Origin: Octopus vulgaris
Lineage: Eukaryota
Direction of reading: 5' to 3'
DNA: 64,000 nt
NCBI GenBank assembly: GCA_951406725.2
Contig: OX597816.1
Coordinates: 12,028,001-12,092,000, forward strand
This document shows positions 34,900 through 48,058 of this stretch, in pieces. Numbering within the stretch: position 1 is the stretch's first letter; each line of letters opens with the position of its first letter. The notes below the pieces were generated by a model. The model was not told the DNA's origin. It worked only from the letters and a program-made list of their open reading frames with translations, and did no database searches. The position numbers were made by a program, and so were the translations under genes.

Positions 34900-35390
34900 T
34901 CGTTTTTGTTTCTGGTTTGCAAGATTCTTTATGTGAATTCGTGTATTGAAGCAAATTTTGTTGTATCTGGAGGAGAGTCATACTACCTTAATACCTTAAT
35001 ATGTAATTTATTATTTATATTTTTTCTTACAAAATTTTTGTTGCTTTTGCAACCGTTTCAAAGACAAATAAAGTGGAAGTATACAAAAATAAACATTATT
35101 TTCCATCATTTTGTTAGCTTGTTTTATTTTAAAAGATAAAAAAATATTTCGGTTTTGGATTTGGTTGGCAAGATTCTTTATATGAGTTCGTGTGTTGAAG
35201 CATATTCTGTTGTGTCTGGGGAGAGTCATTTTCTTTTTGTGCCTTATAATGTAAAACACTCACCAGTAAAATTTCCACTTTTTTTCTTTTTTTTTAAAAA
35301 TTTTTATGAAAAAGTGGAAATTTTACCGGTGAGTGTTTTTACATTATAAGGCACAAAAAGAAAATGACTCTCCCCAGACACAACAGAATA
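34900..35390 (+). mobile_element. Direct repeat (34905-34981 and 35150-35229) ending in an ~80-bp-arm fold-back (35203-35390); Penelope pLTR-like layout
   Basis: GCAAGATTCTTT..TTCGTGT.TTGAAGCA.ATT.TGTTGT.TCTGG.GGAGAGTCAT occurs twice; the second copy is followed by a near-perfect reverse complement. Confidence 0.7.
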
Positions 35391-36513
35391 AAAAATATTT
35401 TATGCTTTATTATTGTTTATATTTTTAATTACATATATATTGGAACACAATAATCTTTTAAGTGCTCAGGGACTAAATGGGTTTTACTATGGCCCTGACT
35501 ATGTCAAAGAAGATGATTTGATGTATCAGTTATATACAATTTGCATCATGTGAATCATGTCAGTGGGAATACTTGATGTTTATAACAATTATTTCTTTAC
35601 TGCCCACAAGGGGCTACAAACTGAGGGAACAAACAAGGACCCCGAAAGGATGAAAGGCAAAGTTGACTTCGGTGGAATTTGAACTCAGAACGTAGAGGCA
35701 GACGAAATACCTATTTCTTTACAACTCACAGAGAGGACAAACAAGGACAGACAAACGGATTAAGTCGATTACATGGACCCCAGTGCGTAACTGGTACTTA
35801 TTTAATCGACCTTGAAAGGATGAAAGGCAAAGTCGACCTTGGCTTGAATTTGAACCTAGAACGTAGCGGCAGACGAAATACCACTAAGCATTTCGTCCGG
35901 CGTGCTAATGTTTCTGCCAGCTCGCCGCCTTCACTTGATGTTTATAATGATGAGAGTATTTAATCTCCACCTCCTGCAGATTATATATTTGTTGGAAACT
36001 CTGATAATCTACCATAATTTATTAAGGTCTGACAAGAATGGTCATTAATTAATTGGTTTAATTAATTGATCAATTATGCATGTAAGCTAATGCATAGTGA
36101 TCAAAACAGTTCCTCTGGCCATTTGAAATTATCACAACCTTGAATAAAGTTATGTAACATTGTCTTCCTTTCTTAGTCTGATTGCTCTTATATGTCAGGA
36201 CATTGTGTGTGTGTGTGTGTGTGTGCATGTGTGTATGTGTGTGTGTATGTGTGTGTTTGAGGTTGCTCTTGTACTACTGATATCATGTAGCCTAGTACAA
36301 CCTGCAGAAGGTCCAGGCCATTGGTGACTAAACTAACAACAACCCCCCACCAAGCTTGCTTGCTGAGGTGGGTGACTTTTGGACACCCTACAGGATGAAA
36401 AACAAGACTCATCAAAATATGGAGGAACTTAGGAGAGTCAAAGGCCTTCAAATATAGTCACACGTAAATGGTTTCAAACTTTACCATTTATAGTGAAGAC
36501 AATCCATCTAGAA

Positions 36514-37148
36514 CAAGGGTTCTCAACCAATTTTTGCTTATAGAACCCTATGGTTCACATTTTTATTTACTGGACCCTCATAGCCATTCAATGTTCTAAA
36601 AAAAAATATCCTATACTATTTTTATAATTTGTGGAGGCGTGTTGCTTAATGGTTAGGGTGTTGAACTCATGATCGTAAGGATGTGGTTTCGATTCCTGGA
36701 CCGGGCGATGCGTTGTGCTCTTGAGCAAAATACTTTATTTCATGTTGCTCCAGTCCACTCAGCTAGCAAAAATGATTAATCCTGCGATGGACCGGCGTCC
36801 CGTCCCTGTGGGGAATTTCTACGCCACTGAAACCAGGAAACTGGCCCTTATGAGCCTGGCATGGCTCAAGAAGGAACATTTATTTTATTCATTTTTATAA
36901 TTTATGATTATTAGTAATTACTCTTTTATTTGTTTCAGTCATTTGAGTGTGGCCATGCTGGAGCACCACCTATAGTCGAGCAAATTGACCTCAGGACTTA
37001 TTATTTGTAAGCCTAGTACTTAGTACTTATTCTATTTGTCCCTTTTGCTAAACCGCTAAGTTACGGGACGTAAGCACACCAGCACCGGTTGTCAAGTGAT
37101 GTTAGGGGAACAGACATAGACATACAAACATATACACATTCACATACA

Positions 37149-37234
<86 letters not shown>

Positions 37235-37524
37235 TACAATGGGCTTCTTTCAGTTTCCATCTACCAAATTCACTCACAGGGCTTTGGTTGGCCCAAGGCT
37301 ATAGTAGAAAACACTTGCTGAAGTTGCCACACAGTGGGACTCAACCTGGAACCATTTGGTTTGTAAGAAAGCTACTTACCACACAGCCACTCCTATGCCT
37401 TGTATAAAAAATTTAGATATTTTTTGTACCATGGAAATATAAGCAATTTATTAGACATAAATTTTAAGAATAACATCTTATATGGTGTCCCATGGGCCAT
37501 ACAGATCCCAGTTGTGGACCATTG
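36514..37524. mobile_element. Probable hAT (Charlie-like) MITE with two nested SINEs
   Basis: Ends CAAGGGTTCTCAACC and AGTTGTGGACCATTG (11/15 inverted match), ATCTAGA on both flanks. Contains SINE C at 36632-36885 and SINE A(-) at 36915-37400. Confidence 0.55.
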
Positions 37525-37869
37525 GATCTAGAGAAGAAAATCTCTCAAATAAAAACCATTTTGTGAGGAATTGCAACCAGATGATAATACTTTGCAAAGG
37601 AAAATATTTTGACCTTAAGATGTTATAATGTATTAGCTTGCTCAGGGTCAGGTTAGGGATTTGGTAATCTGAGCCTCAACGAATTAAGGTTTTTGTTAGA
37701 AGATTAAGAAATTCTAAGTCGTATGGAACCGAATCAAAGCATTTTAGAATAATAACATAAATGGAACTGTTACTGTGTTGAGAACTTTTTCTTTTGCATA
37801 TCTATGCACTTGTAAATGTGTGTGTGTGTGTGCATGCACATGTGTGGTGTGTGTGAGTGACTGTATGTA

Positions 37870-37917
<48 letters not shown>

Positions 37918-38203
37918 CATATAAATATATATGTATATGTATATATTATGTATATGCATATGTATGTTTATATATATGTGTGTATGTATATATTATGTAT
38001 ATGTATATATGTTTATATATATATATACATTTATATATATATACATACATGTATATATATGTATGTATATATATATATATATACATACATATATATATAT
38101 ATATATATATGTACATATGTAAGTATATATATATATATACTTATATATATTATACATTATATATATATATGTAGATATATGTATGTATGTATGTATAAGA
38201 TGG

Positions 38204-38256
<53 letters not shown>

Positions 38257-38867
38257 TAGATAGAGAGAGAATGAGATACATGTATGCACACACACACATG
38301 TACAAAGAAGTGAAGTGTGCTTCGATGTTGCAGCTCACCGTCTGCCAAGGCCTCTCTGCTGCATTTGTACTTTTGAAAGTTAGTCTAGTGTAGAGAGAGA
38401 AATAACATGGTTATAAAACCATAACAGAATAAGCCTCACAGACAGAGAACAACAATGATTAACGCAGCCAGTCATCTTACTCGAGGAAGCTGTGAGTGAG
38501 AAAGAGACAGAAGAATAAGAAGTAGAGAGCTGGAGAAAGAAAGAGCAAAGCAGAGATGAAAAGACAGGTTTTGCTATTACCCATGAGTAGCACGTGGCTT
38601 AGCATTGTTCATTGAACAATACTTGCTAACCAAGACTCATTACATGATATCGTTGTTGACACTGGAATCAACATTCTCTTGTGTATAATAATCGCTAAAA
38701 ACCCTTTTACAGAAGAAACCTTTTACTAATGCTTTTGAGAAACTGGTAAACCGAAATAGAAGCCACGAAGCTGAAACTGTATTAGTCACTTTGGTTTTCT
38801 TTATTTGTAATCATAACTTTTTGCCTATATACACACATATACATATACATAATATACATACATATAC

Positions 38868-38925
<58 letters not shown>

Positions 38926-39101
38926 AAAACGGACGCTAAATGATGATAATGATGATGATATATATGTATATATATATGTATGTATATATATGTATATATA
39001 TATATGTATATGTATGTATATATATATACATGTGTGTATATATATATATGTGTGTGTGAATATAGGTATATGTTCATACACATACACATATATATATATT
39101 C

Positions 39102-39140
<39 letters not shown>

Positions 39141-39274
39141 TATATAGATATATACATTGTAATATATATATATACACAAACATACATAATATATATATAC
39201 ATACATATATATCTATACATACATACGTAATATATATAAACATATATACATAGATATATACATACATACTTACG

Positions 39275-39309
<35 letters not shown>

Positions 39310-39507
39310 TGTGTGTGTGTGTGATAAGAATTTCTATTACGGTTCAATAGGAAGCAATTTCTTATGTTTATGAATAATTTAAGTTAACAACCTAAGCACC
39401 AAAACTAGTGAACTGAAAATTCTTCACACAGAAAATCCAATACATTTTCATTTGAAATAAAGTACGAACACATGATATTTTATTCTACTGAATGTTTAAT
39501 CTACATA

Positions 39508-39725
39508 TATTGGGTTGGCCAAAGCGTCCATTCACTTTTCGCCAACACTAATCTTCAGCCGCTCACATAAGTAGCTCACTTCTATCTGTCCCTTGCGCAT
39601 GCGATTACATTAGATATACTGTGTAAGACATCAATGTAATTTTTATGGTAACTTGTGATGAAACAAGTTGTGTTTTGTGCACTTAAGATCACCCTATGAA
39701 ATGGAGAACCAAAATGAACATTATC
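39508..39725 (+). mobile_element. mariner 5' end remnant
   Basis: TA|TTGGGTTGGCCAAA is mariner-TIR-like and is followed ~190 nt later by ATGGAGAACCAAAATGAACAT (MENQNEH, a typical mariner start). Confidence 0.5.
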
Positions 39726-39844
39726 AATGGCACCTTAAGTTTTTATAGTTTGGTTCATAAAAGTGCACTATATACGGACATGTCGTTTACAGAGGCTGGT
39801 GCCAAGTAAAATGCACTTGTACATTAATAATTATATTATAGATA

Positions 39845-40266
39845 TATACTCTTTTACTCTTTTACTTGTTTCAGTCCTTTGACTGTGGCCATGCTGGAGC
39901 ACCGCCTTTAGTCGAGCAAATCGACTCCAAGACTTATTCTTTGTAAGCCCAGTACTTATTCTATCGGTCTCTTTTGTCGAACCACTAAGTGACGGGGACA
40001 TAAACACACCAGCATCAGTTGTCAAGCAATGCTAGGGGGACAAACACAGACAAACAAACACATACACACACACACACACAGATATATATGTATACATATA
40101 TACAACAGGCTTCTTTCAGTTTCCGTCTACCAAATCCACTCACAAGGCATAGGTCGGCCCGGGGCTATAGCAGAAGACACTTGCCCAAGATGCCACGCAG
40201 TGGGACTGAACCTGGAACCATGTGGTTGGTTAGCAAGCTACTTACCACACAACCACTCCTGCGCCT
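39845..40266 (-). mobile_element. SINE family A, full length
   Basis: Near-identical to 17565-17980. Confidence 0.9.
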
Positions 40267-40756
40267 ATAATAGATAAATATATTTGGAGTAAACGTCTTT
40301 GATGAGATCCCCATCCCTCGTTCAAGTCTGGTGCAGCCTTCCAGCTTGCCAGCCCTGGTCAAACTGTCCAACCCATACCAGCATGGACAACAGACACTAA
40401 ATGATGATGATGTTAATCATCCTTATGATCATGATGATGATATATATTTATATATATATATATATAAAAGTATGTATGTGTTTGTGTGCATGACTCGCTA
40501 ACTTCTTGTGATGAAAGAAGTCGGTCTTTTCTTTCATACAAGAGATAGAAAACTAAATAATGACTAAAGTCATGTCTACATTTTGCTTATTAAAAGCATT
40601 ATTTTAGAAATTTAAAATATATTCCAACTCTTCAAGAATTCGGTGTCGTTATTGCTGGAGTAACAATGAAAGGAAAATTCTATTTGTCTTAATAGCATTC
40701 GGTTTGAAAGCAATAATGGTATCTGCATTATTTTAAGTCGAGTGAAGTTATTGAAA

Positions 40757-41037
40757 TCTTTATATATAAAAGTGAGGTTGTGTGTCTGTCTCCTACGATT
40801 CAGATTCCTAACTACTCCCACATTTTATGGTGCAGTTTAACCAAAAGTGGGTATCTTATAGTCGTGATTCATATCGAGCCCTTCTGGGTATTAGCGCACG
40901 TCTACGATGAGTCTACGATTTTAAAAATAATTTACCATAATTTTTTTCCATTTTGATGCATTTTTTCGCTATTATATAAAAATGCTTATATAGTTATTTC
41001 CCTTACAAACCCGAGCAACGCTGGGCGATACTGCTAG
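40757..41037 (+). mobile_element. Non-autonomous Helitron (281 bp, internal-deletion derivative of the 18820-19218 family)
   Basis: A|TCTTTATATATAAAAGTGAGG...CCCGAGCAACGCTGGGCGATACTGCTAG|T. Confidence 0.85.
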
Positions 41038-41378
41038 TATAATATAAGATAGAAAATTAACAAGATTATCTAACTCTAACTCTTATACATTTTCCCCAAG
41101 GCAGGGCAGTTTTAGTATTTCAAATGTCACCAGTACCGCTGGAGTGGCTCCTGTGCAGGTGGCACATAAAAAGCAGCATTTGAGTGGGCCATTGCCAGTA
41201 CTACTTGACTGGTCCTTGTGCCGGTGGCACATAAAAGCACCTACTACACTCTTGGAGTGGTTGGCATTAGGAAGGGCATCCAGCTGTAGAAACTCTGCCT
41301 GATCAGATTGGAGCCTGGTGCAGCCATCTGGGTCACCAGATCAGTCAAACCGTCCAAACCATGCTAGCAATGATGATG

Positions 41379-41424
<46 letters not shown>

Positions 41425-41598
41425 ATCTATCTATCTATCTATCTATAAATTTATATATATTTCTGTGTGGGGGTGCATGAGTGTGTTTGAGTCTGTGTTT
41501 GTGTGCCACCATCACAACCTGACAACCAGTGTTGGTGTGTTTACATCCTCATAAATTATCAGTTTGGCAAAAGAGACCAATAGAATAAATACCAGGCT

Positions 41599-41638
<40 letters not shown>

Positions 41639-41939
41639 AAGTACTGGGTCAATCCATTCAACTAAAACTTCTTCAAGGTAGTGACCCAGCATAAGGGTTG
41701 TTTAAGGATGATGAACAAAATACTCTTGTTTCCAGAGGTGAATTATTCAAACCCCAAAGAATCCCTCTCAACACATGGCTATGATAACACACCTTTAGTA
41801 CTGTTTGTATACTGTGTGTATTCATGTGTGCGTACCTGTATGCATCTAAGTGTGTATGTGTGTTTGTATTGTAGAGCTCTCATAATATTGTCTATTATGT
41901 AGTGATGCTCAGAATTTTAAAGCAATTTGCTTGTATTTT

Positions 41940-41966
41940 ATTATTGTTATTATTATTGTTCCTCTT

Positions 41967-42058
<92 letters not shown>

Positions 42059-42112
42059 TATTATTATTATTATTGCCATTATCATTATTATTATTATCAT
42101 TATCATTATTAC

Positions 42113-42149
<37 letters not shown>

Positions 42150-42150
42150 A
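41940..42150. repeat. (TTA)n array with a (TTC)n insert
   Basis: Direct inspection; a second (TTA)n array lies at 42630-42912. Confidence 0.95.
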
Positions 42151-42151
42151 T

Positions 42152-42570
42152 TTTTTTTTTTTCCTCTTCTTTCAAATTTGCTTCCATTTCTTGTCGAGTG
42201 TCCTCCCGACTCCTAGGGCAAAGAAACTCATAGTATACATTGGTAGGCCATTAAACTAACCTCAATAGTTCGTTCATTTTTTTTTTTTAAGTTAAATTAA
42301 AATACATGGGTAGTAATAGTTCTCACATCGACAATGCTCTTCTCAATACGTGTGATGTACCAGTTAAGACAATCTTTTGCACTTCTTGCAGGGATGGTAA
42401 GCCAGGGATCATTCTCATATAATTTTCGGTTCCCTTCTTGATCATTCCTAGTGCTCCTACGATCACTGGTATTGTAACCGTCTTGAGATGCCACATTTTC
42501 TTAATTTCAATGAGCAGGTCTTTATATTTTCTGAGCTTGTCAAACTCTTTTGCCGAGATATTATGATCAC
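42152..42570 (-). mobile_element. Dong/R4-clade LINE 3' end with open frame (42568-42323) and 3' UTR, inside a (TAA)n array
   Basis: My translation: DHNISAKEFDKLRKYKDLLIEIKKMWHLKTVTIPVIVGALGMIKKGTENYMRMIPGLPSLQEVQKIVLTGTSHVLRRALSM*. This frame is absent from the ORF track and is homologous to 29349-29618. Confidence 0.9.
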
Positions 42571-42717
42571 ATTATTATCAGCTAAGAGCAGAAGCCATGA
42601 GAGCCACTGCCAGGTACTGCATCATGGCATTATTATTATTATTATTATTATCATAATTATAATCATTGTTATCGTTATTATAATTATTATTATTACTATT
42701 ATTATTATTATTATTAT

Positions 42718-42762
<45 letters not shown>

Positions 42763-42824
42763 TATTACTATTATTATTATTATTACTACTATTATTATTA
42801 TTATCATCATTATTATTATTATTA

Positions 42825-42886
<62 letters not shown>

Positions 42887-43374
42887 GTTATTATTATTAT
42901 TATTATTATTATGATCGTTATTCCATTTTTTATATTTCGTAATTTCGTAACAGATATTATGGCAACAAAGGGGAAAAATTTTTAAAAAAAACAAAAAACA
43001 GATCAGTTTGGTAAACTTTGATGTCTCCACCTTAGAATTTTCAGTATTAGTCTGGGTTGTTAATCATAGCATAGATAGAGATTTGGAGCTAATTAACGGA
43101 CAATTGTTGAGATTCCACGAGATATTTGGTGCTACTGTTTGGGTTTAGATATTTTATGTACATATAAACAGACATAATAATGAGGAGGTACATTTACATA
43201 TCCAATACTGCTTTGAATCAATATATATTTATACATACATTAACGTATATACATATATATATATGGGATATATATGTGTGTGTTTGGATGTACACACACA
43301 CACACAAATACATATATATTATTGTTCAGCCCATACTAGCATGGAACACAGATGTTAAATGATGTTGATTAATC

Positions 43375-43417
<43 letters not shown>

Positions 43418-43422
43418 ATGCA

Positions 43423-43459
<37 letters not shown>

Positions 43460-43539
43460 ATATATATGCATACATATGTATATATGTATATATATACATA
43501 TATATATCTATGTATATATATATATATATATGCACACAG

Positions 43540-43600
<61 letters not shown>

Positions 43601-43719
43601 TATTCATGTGTGTGTGAGTGTGTATGCATACATGCATATAAAGAATCATACACTACTTTGTATGGCTCGTATGCATATACAGATATTATTATATAAAATA
43701 AATAGTGAGAGCAGGTTGT

Positions 43720-43940
43720 AAATATTGGATACACAAACATATATTTAGATATAATTTCTATCACCATCATCATCATTATCATCAACATCATCATCGTTTT
43801 AGTACGTATGTATATATGCACGTAACATAACTGAATACTTTTGAAACATTTACATAAGAAAGCATCTGTGAAATGATGATGTTATATGTACGTGTCTGTG
43901 TGTCAATAAGAACGCACACATACATTTAAAGTATGTGAGC

Positions 43941-43972
<32 letters not shown>

Positions 43973-44240
43973 ATACTTGTATAGAACTAGAATTCTTCAC
44001 ACACACACACATACACAGTAGTATTACAGAAAAGTAAATTGGAAAATGCACAAACATATATTTAAATATAATTTCTATCACCACCACCACCACCACCACC
44101 ATCATCATCATCATCGTCATCATCATCATCGTTTTAGTAAGTATGTATATATGCACGTAGCATAACTGAATACTTTTGAAACATGTACATAAAGCATCTG
44201 TGAAATGATAATGTTATATGTATGTGTCTGTGTGTCAATA
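43720..44240. repeat. Local direct duplication of ~190 bp (43722-43908 and 44036-44240)
   Basis: CACAAACATATATTTA.ATATAATTTCTATCACCA..GTTTTAGTA.GTATGTATATATGCACGTA.CATAACTGAATACTTTTGAAACAT..GCATCTGTGAAATGAT..GTGTCTGTGTGTCAATA occurs twice. Confidence 0.9.
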
Positions 44241-44646
44241 TGTACACACTATTAACACGATATTTATTTCTTAACGAACTTTTAGTTGAACACGATTTTA
44301 TCCTTCAACCCTTTCGTTACTGCATTTATTTTAAGATGCTCTGTGTTTCTATCAATTACTTTAAATATAACAAAGAATTTAGTAAAATAACTTTGTTCTC
44401 ATTCTTACAGGTACAACTCAGTTTTGTCAGTTGAATGGACTGGAACAACATGAAATAAAGTGTCTTAACACACTGCCAAGTATTGAACTCACAACCTTAC
44501 AGTCATGAGCAGATACCCTAACAATTAAGCCATGCACCTTCATGATTAAATAAACATAAAACTTGACTGAGTAAGTCTGAATGCTAAATAGTTAGGCAAG
44601 TAAGGATATTTATAACAAAATTTTAGTTTGACATGCTTACATTTAA

Positions 44647-44867
44647 CCCTTTCATTACCATATTTATTTTGAGATGTTCTGTGTTTCAATCAATTACTTT
44701 AAATATAACAAAGAATGTAGTAAAATAACTTTGTTATCATTAAGCTAGTGTTAGGAACATAAATTGTGACTAAGGTTTGGTGGAAGATTTTAAATCAAAA
44801 CTCATGAAAACAAGACATTTGTACTACAGAGTCAGAGGTGGTTTTGACCGGGTTAGTAACAAAAGGG
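44647..44867. mobile_element. piggyBac-type MITE (221 bp), copy 1
   Basis: TTAA|CCCTTTCATTACC...TAGTAACAAAAGGG|TTAA. A partial copy starts at 44309. Confidence 0.85.
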
Positions 44868-44891
44868 TTAAAAATATCATGGTGACTTTAA

Positions 44892-45112
44892 CCCTTTTGC
44901 TACTATATTTCTTTTGAGATGCTCTGTTTCTGTCAAGTAGTTTTTAAATATAAGAAAGAATGTAGTAAAATAACTTAGTTATCATTAAGCTAGTGTTAGG
45001 AACATAAATTGTGACTAAGGTTTGGTGGAAGATTTTAATTTAAAACTTATGCAAACAAAACATTTGTACTAAAGAGCCAGAGGTGGTTTCAGCCTGGCTG
45101 GTAACAAAAGGG
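44892..45112. mobile_element. piggyBac-type MITE (221 bp), copy 2
   Basis: TTAA|CCCTTTTGCTACT...GGTAACAAAAGGG|TTAA, collinear with copy 1. Confidence 0.85.
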
Positions 45113-45588
45113 TTAATATGATAAACATTTGGAATCATTTATGCTTCTTGATAAATACACTTTATTCATTCAAGGGATGGCATGTAACTGGGTGTGTATA
45201 GTTTCCTTGAGCAAGATACTTCATTTCATGCAGTGAAAGTGTGTGGCTGTGTGGTTAGGTGTTAGACTCGGGACTGGAAGGTCATGAGATCAACTCCTGG
45301 TGCTGTGTTTTGCCCTTAAGCAAGAGACTTTATTTCATGTTGCTCCAATCCACTCAACCAGCAAAAAGGAGTGATACCTGTAAACCTTGTCATTGTCCCC
45401 AAAAGAGGGCTGTTTCATTTCATGCTACTCCACTCTTCTCACCTGAAAACTAGGTACCAGTTAAATGCTTGGTGCCTCTCTCTCTCTCACTCTCTCTCTC
45501 CTTCTCTTTAGTTCTTACATACTGGATGTGCCATTAAATGAAAGGGTGGACAAGTCAACAGTGAAAACAATTAGGGAAATGCTCTTAA

Positions 45589-45620
<32 letters not shown>

Positions 45621-45819
45621 CATCTCTCTCCATCTCTTTCTCTCTCTCTCTCTATCTATCTATCTATTTACCAAATCCACTCACAAGGCTTTGGTCAGCC
45701 CAAGTCTATAGTAGTAGACACTTGCCGAAGGTGCCACACAGTGGGACTGAACCTGGAACCATGTGGTTGGTAAGCACTTACTACACAGCTACTCCTGCAC
45801 CTATAAATATATATATATA

Positions 45820-46443
45820 TCATCATCATCATCATCATCGTTTAACGTCCGTTCTCCATGCTAGCATGGGTTGGACGGTTCGACCGGGGATCTGGGAAGC
45901 CAGAAGGCTGCACCAGGCTCCAGTCTTATCTGGCAGTGTTTCTACAGCTGGATGCCCTTCCTAACGCCAACCACTCCGTGAGTGTAGTGGGTGCTTTTTA
46001 CGTGCCACCTGCACAGGTGCCAGGCGAGGCTGGCAACGGCCACGGTCGGATTGGTGTATTTTATGTGCCACCGGCACGGAAGCCAGACGAGGCGGTGCTG
46101 GCATCGGCCACGAGTCGGATGGTGCTTTTTATGTACCACCAGACCAGGGATCCTGGCTGGTTCAATTCGATTTCGATTTCGCTTGTCCCAACATGTCTTC
46201 GCAAGCAAGGGGGTTGGCATGGGTGCCTGTTGTATGGTCAGATTGGTGTATTTTACGTGCCACCGGCACGGAAGCCAGTGGAGGCAGCGCTGGCATCGGC
46301 CACGAGTCGGATAGTGCTTTTTACGTACCACCAGACCAGGGAACCTGGCTGGTTCAATTCGATTTCGCTTGCCCCAACATGTCTTCGCAAGCAAGGGGGT
46401 TGGCATGGGTGCCTGTCGTACGGTCAGATTGGTGTATTTTACG
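45820..46443 (-). mobile_element. SINE-like family D, young subfamily with two ~190-bp higher-order units
   Basis: GTC.GATTGGTGTATTTTA.GTG recurs at about 46045, 46237 and 46423. Confidence 0.85.
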
Positions 46444-46485
46444 TGTGTGTGTGTGTGTGTATATGTGTGTGTGTATATGTATATG

Positions 46486-46516
<31 letters not shown>

Positions 46517-46526
46517 ATGTATATGC

Positions 46527-46567
<41 letters not shown>

Positions 46568-47220
46568 TGTAGGTATGTATGCATGCTTGCACATATACAC
46601 ACACACACACACACAGCAGATGCTGGCCAGAATCAAAACGAGTATCAAACGAGAAACAGATAAATACAATAAAACATCATAGATGTTCGGTATTAAAACT
46701 TTCAATATTAAATTACATTTGATTAATTATGGCTCTAATTAGTAAAATGAAGAAATTTATGAGAAAAATAAAACAATGAAAAACAATAGACTTCTGGAAG
46801 AATTTGAAAGGATTCATAATTGATGCTGCAACAATATTAAATATAGAGGTCAGATGAGAAGAACTATGCTAAGAATTTATGTTTGGTCAAATTAATAGAG
46901 TCATGGAATTGGTTGAATGCAGGACTAAACGCTGACGTATTGAGATTTTGGTATCTTCTGTGTTTGAAGTTAGAATTTCTCTTTGGTCCTGGGTTCAATA
47001 AAATTGTCTCTGGCAATATGTGTGTATGCATGTGTAGCTGTATATGTAGGTATGTCTTTTTCCCTTCAGCTATGTATGTATGTATGTATGTATGTATGTA
47101 TGTATGTATGTGTATGTATGTATGAACCTATCTATCTATCTATCTATCTATCTGTCTATCTATCTATCTAGCTAGCTAGCTATCTGTCTGTCTGTCTGTC
47201 TGGCTGGCTGGCTGGCTGTC

Positions 47221-47295
<75 letters not shown>

Positions 47296-47619
47296 ATCTA
47301 TCTATCAATCTATCTGTCTGTCTGTCTGTCTGTCTGTCTATCATAATCATCATCATCGTTTAATGTCTGCTTTCCATGCTAGCATGGGTTGGACGTATGA
47401 CTGAGGTCTGGCGAACCAGATGGCTGCACCAGGCTTCAGTCTTGATCTGGCAGAGTTTCTACAGCTGGATGCCCTTCCTAACACCAACCACTCCGAGAGT
47501 GTAGTGGGTGCTTTTATGGGCCACCGGCATGAGGACCAATCAGGCAGTACTGGCAACGGCCACACTCAAATGGTAATTTTTACATGCCACCTGCACAGGA
47601 GCCAGTCCAGTGGAACAGG

Positions 47620-48058
47620 CATTCTCGACACCTTCTTCTTTTTGCTTTTATTCAAGGTTCTAAGGCTGCAAAAATTGCTCACATTTGTGCTGTGTATGGA
47701 GAGGGAGCCATAGCTGAAAGCACTGCTCATGATTGGTATGCCAATTTCAAAAATGGAAATTTTGACCTCAAGGGCGCACCATGTTCTGCCCGTCCAGTTG
47801 AGTTTGATGAAGAGCAATTAAACCAAATTTTGCATGAAAATTCTCATCAAATGAAAAGAAAATTGGCAGAGAAAATGGAATGCTCCCAGACTTCATCTTC
47901 ACTCAATGAGAAAGGTTCAGAAGTATGGAGCATGGGTTCTGCATGACAAAAATCAACAAACCACAATCTCCACTGGTTTGCTTACTCGTCACCACGCAAC
48001 TCATGGACACAAGCAACGATTTCTTTACCAAATCGTTTCTGATGACGAAAATTGGCAT
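47620..48058 (+). mobile_element. mariner transposase pseudogene fragment (N-terminal HTH to first catalytic D)
   Basis: RHLLLFAFIQGSKAAK..ICAVYGEGAIAESTAHDWYANFKNGNFDLKGAPCSARP..., then in shifted frames KVQKYGAWVL and QRFLYQIVSDDENW (IVTGDEKW motif). Confidence 0.9.

Noticed and set aside
45858-46682. 274-aa ORF with internal repeats (and the 217-aa ORF at 15822-16475)
   Set aside because: Read-through of family D sequence into microsatellite; several frames and both strands are open and there is no protein motif.
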